Origin: a virus
Length of the DNA stretch: 64,000 bases
Reading direction: 5' to 3' (one strand)
Virus record (IMG/VR): IMGVR_UViG_3300042401_001747
The notes below the pieces were generated by a model. The model made no database searches. It worked only from the letters and a program-made list of their open reading frames with translations, and was not told the DNA's origin. The translations under genes were made by a program, and so were the position numbers. The first letter of the stretch is position 1. Every line of letters begins with the position of its first letter. This document shows, in pieces, positions 39,402-47,050 of this stretch.

Positions 39402-40610
39402 ATGAGACAAGTACCCACAGCATCACTAGCCCATAGCCTGCACACCGATTACCTGCAATACCGAGAAAGTCACCCAACGATGGACAGGCTCTTGCATCTC
39501 GGATACTTTCGCGCCATGTGGGCAGACAGCGATACGCCGATTTTGACCCGTGACGCATTGGAGAGCGAAGCAGAAAGAGGCGCAGTCCATCACGAAGTGC
39601 ATCGCGCACTAGATGACACAATCATCGCGCTCGGTGACACTGTGTTTCTCACTGACGACCTGCGTGAGTTGGTCAAGACGGCAGAAGCAACAATGCCCGA
39701 TGAAGTTTTATTTGAGACGGACATTTTTACCCCGTGTGGATTTATCGTGATGGAAACACCACTACACAAAAGCGTACGGTCACTCATAAGAGCCGAAGAT
39801 TTTGACGAAGTGCTAACGCTCGCAAAAAAGTATGGCGCAATAGTAAGTGGAACACGCAATGACAATGAACCCGACGAAGATGGAAACTATGTGGGCACGG
39901 AGAATTGGGAAGTGCAAGCGTTTGCATGGGCTGACGCGAACGCCGTAACACCCGTAGCACTTTTGGAAATAGAGAGACGGTTCGGCAAGGACAGTAACGA
40001 ATACGCTTTGGCTCAAAACATTTCTAAGAACTCAGAGAACGCCGATGCTATTCAGGTGCGCGTCTTTGGGACTCTTGTATCAACTACTGTCAATGGACTA
40101 ACGATAGAAGTGCCACAACTACACATTGCTCCGTTACGACTAATGGACATGTATGTGTTTTTCTATGGCGAAGACGGAATGGAAATAGAACGCGAAGCAA
40201 GTGGAGTAGATAACTCCTCAGAAACAGAACTAAACGAGTCTTCATGGGAACGAAGCAGGGAAGTGCGTCGTTTTCTTGTTGCTCTCTTTCGCTTGATGGA
40301 GGAGTATGTAGACAAAGACACAACCGTTCTCCCTCGCGCTTTCGGAAGACGCGCTACCCGTGGTGGTCGTAAGGGTGATACAAAAAGTGTCACAACACTT
40401 TCATTGCGTCGCGCCCTCTATGACGAAACAGACGGAACGGGAACAGGAGTGAAAGTAACTCTCGCTCACCTAGTCCGTGGTCACTGGCGTAATCAGTGGT
40501 ATCCATCACGAAAGATGCACCGTGCAAAATGGATACAGGCTCATCGCCGTGGTGGAAACATCACAGACGAAGTGACACAACGCCCACGCGTTATCAAGGT
40601 AGACCGATAG
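39402..40610 (+). CDS. Hypothetical protein with C-terminal HxVRGHWR motif; probably leaderless
   Basis: ATG 7 nt after the -10 of promoter 39367-39395; HLVRGHWRNQWYPS. Confidence 0.72.
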   Translation: MRQVPTASLAHSLHTDYLQYRESHPTMDRLLHLGYFRAMWADSDTPILTRDALESEAERGAVHHEVHRALDDTIIALGDTVFLTDDLRELVKTAEATMPDEVLFETDIFTPCGFIVMETPLHKSVRSLIRAEDFDEVLTLAKKYGAIVSGTRNDNEPDEDGNYVGTENWEVQAFAWADANAVTPVALLEIERRFGKDSNEYALAQNISKNSENADAIQVRVFGTLVSTTVNGLTIEVPQLHIAPLRLMDMYVFFYGEDGMEIEREASGVDNSSETELNESSWERSREVRRFLVALFRLMEEYVDKDTTVLPRAFGRRATRGGRKGDTKSVTTLSLRRALYDETDGTGTGVKVTLAHLVRGHWRNQWYPSRKMHRAKWIQAHRRGGNITDEVTQRPRVIKVDR

Positions 40611-40619
40611 GAACGCAAA

Positions 40620-40671
40620 AGCGCCGTGCCGATACTTATCTACTCTCATAGGTAAGTGCCGACACGACGCT
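40620..40671. terminator. Long imperfect hairpin between convergent genes, containing an A-box
   Basis: ~23-bp stem AGCGCCGTGCCGATACTTATCTA / TAGGTAAGTGCCGACACGACGCT with a 6-nt loop. Confidence 0.55.
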
Positions 40672-40692
40672 TACGTCGTGTACCGAATGTGT

Positions 40693-41013
40693 TTACTTAG
40701 TCCGTGCGTGTTTCCCGTAAGGATACGAAGGGTGCGCCCGTCGTGCGTCGTGACGCATGCCCTTGATTTCTCCGTATGCCCAAACGCCAAGCAGTGTTCC
40801 CGTCACAGTGCCCGTGACGGTCAGAAACAAACCAGCGAAAAGGTCGTAAGCAGTGTGGCTCTGATACGAGAGCGATGCGAGATACAGACCAAGCACGGTG
40901 AACACCCATGGCGTTCCTGCGAGAAGTTTGTAAATCAGTGTCGGATAGTTTTCTGAAAGCCAGTTAGTAGTCCGTGCTTCTATTTGGTCTAGGTGGTTGA
41001 TGATGTTTGTCAT
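40693..41013 (-). CDS. Two-TM membrane protein
   Basis: Cassette promoter at 41047-41075; hydrophobic segments. Confidence 0.65.
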   Translation of the reverse strand: MTNIINHLDQIEARTTNWLSENYPTLIYKLLAGTPWVFTVLGLYLASLSYQSHTAYDLFAGLFLTVTGTVTGTLLGVWAYGEIKGMRHDARRAHPSYPYGKHARTK

Positions 41014-41272
41014 GATGGTTTCCTATCAGTTGGTGGTGACACACGAACTGTACCACTCACAGTACAAACTATCAAGGATTATCTCTCACTCCCCCGACAT
41101 TGGGGACAGTGGCTGTGGTGGGAGCCCCGGGTTTTGTTGGTTATCTTGTGTAGATAGAGGGTCACGGCAAGGTTTACTATTCCAATCGACCAGCCAACAT
41201 AGTTTCTCATGCTTCACATTTTACAAGCACGGTCTCGGCCATCTAGAAGGAAATGACGACTGTGACGGTTAT

Positions 41273-41533
41273 CTACTCTGTGTCAGTATCGCCACGCAGG
41301 TAGTTGGCACGCATCACCTCAGTGGTGGCCTCTCCAATTTGGTCAAGTGTTGTGATGTCGTAGATACAACCACAGCGACAGCAGAGATACGAACGGCTAT
41401 CCCACAAACCGTTAGCAACGGGTTCTACCATTTCGCCTGATAGTAGACATGCGTAGAAACCGTCTATGTCAGGTTCGTTACCACATTCACATACAAGCCA
41501 GTCGGCTACTGTTCTGTCGAGATTGAGTGTCAT
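41273..41533 (-). CDS. Small Cys-rich (Zn-finger) protein
   Basis: CECG...CCRCG; stop inside an A-box. Confidence 0.65.
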   Translation of the reverse strand: MTLNLDRTVADWLVCECGNEPDIDGFYACLLSGEMVEPVANGLWDSRSYLCCRCGCIYDITTLDQIGEATTEVMRANYLRGDTDTE

Positions 41534-41982
41534 GACTGTTCTGTTTCCTTTGGTTTTTCGGTGATTAGGAAAGCCCTATCATAGGGGTTATGTGGGGGGT
41601 CATCGTGCCACACGCCATCAGGCCATGCTGTACGAGAGTGAACGCCATAAATGTTTTGTCCAAACAGTTCAGTGCTCTGCCAAGCGTGTGTACAGCAAGG
41701 AATAATGTCGCTGTTCGAATGACAGTTCTGACCAACCGTCTGAGCGAGCAGAGGGAATGTAGTAAGAAACTTAGCAACGCAGTCATGACACATAATCCAT
41801 TCACGAGAACGAACCCTGCCTGAGAGAACATCAAGGTTGTCATCGAAGCCACCATAGTAACCAAAGGTGTCGAAGGGTAAGACCCAGCCGTCATCGGGGT
41901 AACTATCTTGTTGAGTACAGATGACCTGTTGAGCACATGCTGAGCAGGTTGCGTATTTGTTAGGTGTGTAGGGTTGGTTCAT
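41530..41982 (-). CDS. Cys-rich hypothetical protein, probably leaderless
   Basis: CSAC...CHDC; ATG 8 nt from the -10 of promoter 41990-42018. Confidence 0.65.
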   Translation of the reverse strand: MNQPYTPNKYATCSACAQQVICTQQDSYPDDGWVLPFDTFGYYGGFDDNLDVLSGRVRSREWIMCHDCVAKFLTTFPLLAQTVGQNCHSNSDIIPCCTHAWQSTELFGQNIYGVHSRTAWPDGVWHDDPPHNPYDRAFLITEKPKETEQS

Positions 41983-42055
41983 GTAGAGAATGGTACCACC
42001 ATGAGTACAGACTCCCGTAGGGTACCCGTGGCACTTTGCGTGACCATCGAGAAAA

Positions 42056-42421
42056 TCAAGAAATAATGTTTCCTGATGTCATTCGGTAAAAGATGGCATA
42101 GCAGTACCGTCTGCGTCGTGTCTGTTCTCTCTCGACCTTGTACCTATGCCACCTGTTGAGCATTTCCATGCTGGCAGGTGAACGATAGCAACCTGCCTCT
42201 GTCTCTGCCTCTACCATGAGGGAGTAGAGGTTCACCTCACTACCCGTGGCACTCTGCGTGTTCACCTTCGCTTCACGCAATCCCTGAAATACTTTTGACA
42301 TGAACAGAGAGGCAACGAGCATCTGTTCGAGGTTCTCATCGTCTGTTAGGTAGTCATCGACGATACGTGACACACGAATAGCCTGATGGACACTATGTGA
42401 AGGGAAATAGATGCCTGCCAT
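42056..42421 (-). CDS. Hypothetical protein
   Basis: 121-aa ORF co-oriented with neighbours. Confidence 0.5.
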   Translation of the reverse strand: MAGIYFPSHSVHQAIRVSRIVDDYLTDDENLEQMLVASLFMSKVFQGLREAKVNTQSATGSEVNLYSLMVEAETEAGCYRSPASMEMLNRWHRYKVEREQTRRRRYCYAIFYRMTSGNIIS

Positions 42422-42627
42422 CTGCGCAGAGTATCACTCCACTAACGAGAGGGGTGGCTATCCCCACTTGATTTCTTTGGTCTGTTTGTCTTGGGGCTCT
42501 ACTGATAACACTTCGAGCATGTCTCCTTGACTGAGAAGGTTGCGCACTAGGGATAGTGCCTCATCTACTGATGATGGTATGTCAAGGTCACTGCGCTGAC
42601 CTACTGTAACGGTGATTCGGTATGTGT

Positions 42628-42861
42628 TCATGCCTTGTACCATACAGCCTTAGATAGGCGAGCGATGCTAGATGCCTGCTGAGGTGATGAGCAAGGGATA
42701 CGCCTAATGATGCGATGCGTATCATCTGATGTCGTTACTGATAACCACACCTCCACGATGTTACCTATGGCATTGATGTAGGTGACTGTCCCCTCTGATG
42801 CTAGGTCAATGATGGGTGAGGTGAGTAGATGGTCTATTGGTGATGAGGTGATGGTGTTCAT
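42628..42861 (-). CDS. Hypothetical protein (plausible portion of the 42628-43257 ORF)
   Basis: MNTITSSPID... begins about 8 nt after a TTTACT-N17-TACTGT promoter; the upstream part is low-complexity. Confidence 0.5.
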   Translation of the reverse strand: MNTITSSPIDHLLTSPIIDLASEGTVTYINAIGNIVEVWLSVTTSDDTHRIIRRIPCSSPQQASSIARLSKAVWYKA

Positions 42862-44250
42862 GTGAAGGACAGTACACGAGGGGTGGTACACAGTAAAGGG
42901 GGTGAGGGGCAAGGGTGATGATGTTTCTAAATACGAGGGGTAGTGAGATGGGTAATAGATAGGGGGTGATGAGGTGAGGGGTAGATGATGAATGATGAAT
43001 GAGTGAGAGGTATGAGTGATGAGAGGGGTAAGAGATGATGAGGTAATGATGACTAGGTAGGTAGGTAGGTAGGTAGGTAGGTAGGTAGTGATGATAGGTA
43101 GAGGGGAGGGCAAGAGGTAAGAGGTAGAGATGATGATGAGTAGAGGGGGTAGGGGTAAGGGGTAGCAATGATGGAGAGTAGAGAGAGGTAGAGGTAGAGG
43201 GGTAGAGGTGATGAGAGGTGATGATGAATGATGATAGGTATCCAATCGGATACGCACTAGGTAGGTGATGATGATGGGGTATGTGTACTACTACCCGTGA
43301 GACACCCATGGCACTTGCGAAAAAGGTGAGGGGGTAGAGGTGAGGTGAAAGGGTCAAGGGGTGAGGGGGTGATGATGATGATGAGGGGTGATGGTCAAGG
43401 GGGTAAGGGGTGAAGGCATGAGGTGAAGGGGTGATGAGTAGAGGGGTAGGGGTAGGTAGATGATGAGGTAGGTATGGGTATGGGTATGTATGTGTAGGGG
43501 TATGTACTAGTACCCGTGTACTACCCGTGGCACCTGCGAAAAAACAACACAACAAATGATGACGATGATGACGATGACGAATGGTCAAGGGGTGATGGGC
43601 ATAGGGGGTAGGGCATAGGACATAGGGGGTAGGGGTAGTGATGACGATGGTCAATGACCAACGATGATGATGCGATACACAATGCGTAATGACAATGATG
43701 ATGATGCGATAGGCATAGGCATAGGCAATGCGATAGTCAATGCGTGATGATGCGATGCGATACACGATGCGATACGCAATACACAATGATGACGAACAAT
43801 AATAAATGCGATGATGTAATGCGATACGCAATGCGATGCGATGATGTAACGATGATGCGATGACGATGAACGAATGATGATGTGTCAATGCGATGACGAT
43901 GCGTAATGCGATGACGATGTGCGATAGTCAATGCGATGTGATGTGATGACATCGTGCGATGCGATGACGATGCGTCAATGAATGATGAACAACAATGATG
44001 ATGATGTGATGACGATGTGTCAATGCGATGTGTGTATGTCAATGAATGATGTGATGTCACAACTCTACTGATGGTGATAGAAGTGTGACTATGTGTCACG
44101 CTTCTGTGTGTGTGCGTGTGGTGGCGTGTGTAATAGCGTGCCTATGGGGCGCGCTTCTGTGTATGAACAGGCAGTGTGTGTTCTGTTGTGTATGCCATAC
44201 ACAGGGGAGTAGGGGGGTGGGGGTATAGCCCCGCGAGCTTTCAACCGAGG
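42850..44250. repeat. Strand-biased low-complexity non-coding tract with iteron-like repeats
   Basis: C-poor GGTA/GAT/GGGGT words, (TAGG)8 at ~43054-43085, then GCGAT/GATGAC words; two ~45-bp repeats at 43280-43324 and 43501-43544. Confidence 0.85.
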
Positions 44251-44358
44251 TCCGAATACCGGGGGCCACCTGAAAATCAAAATTTATGCTTCATCTTTTT
44301 TTACTTAAATTTATCCAAACCGCTTGCATGTGGCAGCCTGTCTGTGTAGCCTTGTCCC

Positions 44359-44625
44359 ATGAGCACTATCTACAACTACGACGAGTTCCTTATCTTTGTG
44401 AAACAAGAGCATGACGAGCTCTCCAAGAACGACCCCACGATTCGTTATGGGCAGACGTTTTTCAACTGTTTGTGGGAATTCCGGCCAAGTATTGCCTCTG
44501 AGATTCGTGCCACGAAAATGGACCCTTTCCACATGAGCGAAGTCTCCCCTCTAATCCATGTGCATGTCCAGGGTTTATGGGACGAAATGAACGCCAAAGT
44601 GCTGAAAAGCATTCAGGAGAGCTAA
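44359..44625 (+). CDS. Hypothetical protein
   Basis: IRYGQTFFNCL...DPF motif seen in small phage proteins. Confidence 0.6.
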   Translation: MSTIYNYDEFLIFVKQEHDELSKNDPTIRYGQTFFNCLWEFRPSIASEIRATKMDPFHMSEVSPLIHVHVQGLWDEMNAKVLKSIQES

Positions 44626-45247
44626 ATAAACCATGAATACCGATGTTCTTTCTGTTTTTTTTATTGTTTTATTGGGGTTGGGTGGATTTTTCGTGTTGGT
44701 GGGACTCTGGTCTGACGACAAGAAGTGCACAGGCTGCAATCGCCTCGGACCCTCTGAATATATGTCCAAAGACACAAGAGGCCGTTATTGGCACTATTCT
44801 TGCTACAAAGATGGTTATTTTTTTGAGTGACTACTTTGTTGTTCTTTGCATTGTGGTTCTCTTAATCGTCTTTGCCTTGACCGGTAACGCTCAGGGCCTC
44901 TGAAAGCCTCCTGTAAGCAATTCTGAGCCCCTGAAGCCGCGTCTAGTACGTGGAAGGCCGTAATGCTAGAAAAGGGGCGCACGGATTTTCCCCCAGCCCA
45001 AATATAGGGCACCCCCACAAATTTTGAGGTCCTGGACCGCATTAGGATAAATTTATCCAAAAAGAGGGTCTCAGAAAAAAAATCGCGTTGGTTCATCACT
45101 TTTCTATTCAATGGAGTTACCCGCAGGGTGGGGCTTGCGGACTGGGTGTTTGGAGGGTAGAGTGAATGGATGGTAGAATTAACTACTACCGATAATGAAC
45201 TTACTACTAACAGAGTTCACCGTATCCGCCTAACACAGGAGTAACCC

Positions 45248-46213
45248 TTGAAGCACCCCGTACGCCTTTTGGCTATATCTCTATCTATCGTTTCCTTAAT
45301 TGGACCGCTCAAGAAAGCCGAGGCTACGGATTCACCTCCGACTACAAACACACCTTCGTCTTCCACTGTCGTACAGGAGGGCGATACTCCGAAAGTAAAA
45401 GTAACGGCGTACACCGGAATGCCTCCAGAGTTGGTCACGCAACTCAAGTCAAAAAAGGGCGGCTCAATTAGATTTTGGGAAGCCGTTTCATGGTGCGAAA
45501 CAAACCACAACTGGAATAACGGTGGCTACTTTGCTGGTGGACTAGGAATGGCACAATCAGTCTGGATTAATTACGGGGGGAAACAGTTCGCTTCTCGGCC
45601 ACCTAAAGCCACAAAGCACGAACAGATAATTATCGCCAACCGTGCTGCCTTCTTTGGTTTTCAAACTAAAAACATATTTAGAACTCTTGACGATAAAGAA
45701 AACAACAAGCCCTTCTTTCGACCAGCAGTTGGTTGGAGAAGCATGAAGAACTGGGGTAGGGGTTGTGCCAATTGGGAAACACGTAAACCATTACGAGACC
45801 GGTACACAGAGGCAGGTGTGGCTGAGTGGAAGAAAACTCGGCCAGGATACAAGGCCCCTTCGGGCAAGGTTTCATCTCAAAGTCTTCGTCCTGAAGCTGA
45901 AGTTAAAAGCTGTCCTCAGTGGGAAAGCAAACTGAAAGCACAAGGACTTGTTCCAGTGAAGAAGTTCTCATACATAATGTGGCGTGAAAGCCGTTGCCAA
46001 GAAAAAGTAATTTCTAAGAAAAACTCTAACGGTACGCGAGATTACGGATTACTGCAAATCAACTCTTCATGGCGGACGGTTACAAGGAACGTATGTGGTG
46101 TCAAAAATATTGACGCGCTACTTGACCATAAGTGCAACTTGAAGGTCGCTCGGTACCTGTTCGACAACGGCGGAATCGGTCACTGGAAAGCAACGTCCGG
46201 ACGTTCAAGCTAA
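45248..46213 (+). CDS. Secreted dual muramidase: Rpf-like transglycosylase plus C-terminal SLT/lysozyme-like domain
   Basis: Signal peptide; WEAVSWCET..NW...GGLG...W..YGG...ATKHEQI..A (Rpf); IMWRESRC...DYGLLQIN...CNLKVA (SLT/lysozyme); AGGAG RBS. Confidence 0.78.
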   Translation: MKHPVRLLAISLSIVSLIGPLKKAEATDSPPTTNTPSSSTVVQEGDTPKVKVTAYTGMPPELVTQLKSKKGGSIRFWEAVSWCETNHNWNNGGYFAGGLGMAQSVWINYGGKQFASRPPKATKHEQIIIANRAAFFGFQTKNIFRTLDDKENNKPFFRPAVGWRSMKNWGRGCANWETRKPLRDRYTEAGVAEWKKTRPGYKAPSGKVSSQSLRPEAEVKSCPQWESKLKAQGLVPVKKFSYIMWRESRCQEKVISKKNSNGTRDYGLLQINSSWRTVTRNVCGVKNIDALLDHKCNLKVARYLFDNGGIGHWKATSGRSS

Positions 46214-47050
46214 AAGTTTTTTAACAAGTCTCTCCATCGGAACAAGATGATGGTCGAGCAATGTTATTTTTTCATCTTCCATTCTCTTGTTTCTTAGAAC
46301 AGAGTTAAGTGGACGATGAGCTGGTCTTTGGCTGCGGATGTCTTCAGTTTTTACGGGTTTCACGGGGGTACTGATGCCGGCGAAATCTAGTACATTCTTT
46401 GCGAAATCATACCAAGACGTTTGTCCTTGATTTGTCACGTGCCAAATGCCGGGAGAATTAGAAATTGACATCTCAAGTATTCGTAATGAAGCATCGTCTG
46501 CAAATGTAGGGTGACCAATCTGGTCGTCGACAAAAGATAATTCCGAAGAGCCTTCCGCTATTCGAAGAATTGTCTTAACCATATTTGAACCATTCTTGCC
46601 GTTCACCCAAGACACGCGTATTACCGAGTCTGTTGGTCTCATGCATGTTTCTCCTTGAAGCTTTGTTAAGCCATATGTAGAGATAGGGGAAGGCGAATCG
46701 TTTTCTTCGTAAGGCGATTTTTTGTTTCCGTCGAAAACATAGTCTGTCGAGATGTATGTTACGTGCGCGTCAACTTCTGCAGCGGCCTGTACTACGAACC
46801 TGGTGCCATCAGCGTTTATTGACTCTGCCTTGACTTGATGTTTTTCGCACTCATCCACGGCTGTCCACGCTGCACAGTGAATAATATGTGTTGGCTGGTG
46901 TTTTCTTATTGAATCAATTACGTCTGCTTGATTGCTGACGTTTAGTCCTCGTTTATCAAGCGCGACAGTTTCGTATCCGTGCTCGATGCTACGTTCTACT
47001 ATTTCTGAGCCAAGCTGTCCACCAGCTCCAGTAATGAGGACTTTATACAT
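46205..47050 (-). CDS. rmlD: dTDP-4-dehydrorhamnose reductase
   Basis: LITGAGGQLG, AAWTAVDECE, YISTDYVFDG, YGLTK, VDDQIGHPT. Confidence 0.93.
   Translation of the reverse strand: MYKVLITGAGGQLGSEIVERSIEHGYETVALDKRGLNVSNQADVIDSIRKHQPTHIIHCAAWTAVDECEKHQVKAESINADGTRFVVQAAAEVDAHVTYISTDYVFDGNKKSPYEENDSPSPISTYGLTKLQGETCMRPTDSVIRVSWVNGKNGSNMVKTILRIAEGSSELSFVDDQIGHPTFADDASLRILEMSISNSPGIWHVTNQGQTSWYDFAKNVLDFAGISTPVKPVKTEDIRSQRPAHRPLNSVLRNKRMEDEKITLLDHHLVPMERLVKKLLA

Larger units (their letters stand above)
17521..41095. repeat. B-box family TTATCTCTCA(C/N)CCCCC with associated AGCCCCG-N16-20-CGGGGCT hairpins (about 20 copies)
   Basis: 17521, 20539, 22074, 22995, 24050, 25131, 26175, 27035, 28340, 29414, 30973, 34386, 41079; inverted copies ending at 22190, 27156, 29534, 32459, 33032, 38580, 39322. 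Confidence 0.92.
11826..41280. repeat. Dispersed 13-bp A-box family AGAGTAGATAACT (about 60 copies)
   Basis: Examples at 14555, 16521, 17401, 17425, 17627, 18577, 19655, 20488, 20634, 20959, 22021, 22878, 23098, 24473, 26125, 28279, 30887, 31514 (as AGTTATCTACTCT) and 29583, 29643, 32901, 33423, 33774, 38613, 39353 (as AGAGTAGATAACT). Confidence 0.95.
17359..42018. promoter_or_regulatory. Family of 21 cassette promoters: T(T/C)GNAA-GTCTGTAC-N6-TGG-TANNNT (17-bp spacer)
   Basis: Plus strand at 32463, 33035, 33788, 38628, 39367. Minus strand -10 at 17359, 19320, 20424, 21990, 22848, 23959, 24443, 24992, 26093, 27003, 28249, 29255, 30857, 31484, 41047, 41990. Each points into an ORF. Confidence 0.85.

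Noticed and set aside
14550-41280. A/B boxes as classical attC, dif or lox sites
   Set aside because: The TTAT-initiated 11-mers and ATAACTT resemble tyrosine-recombinase arms, but I saw no ATAA-N6-8-TTAT inverted pair, no GTTRRRY/RYYYAAC match and no integrase in the window. Kept only as an analogy.
17359-42018. Cassette promoters as PafBC (TGTCGG-N10-TA), NtcA or GlnR sites
   Set aside because: Sequence and spacing do not fit: GTCTG ends 12 nt before the -10, and the dyad is GTAC-N8-GTAC.
42806-44099. His/Pro/Ser-rich ORFs of 360, 209 and 120 aa
   Set aside because: These are by-products of the low-complexity strand bias, which leaves few stops on the minus strand. Only the 42628-42861 portion has a promoter and normal composition.
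45110-45247. c-di-AMP (ydaO) riboswitch upstream of the Rpf-like gene
   Set aside because: Expected from context and small hairpins are present, but I could not match the conserved ydaO sequence elements by eye. An Rfam search would settle it.
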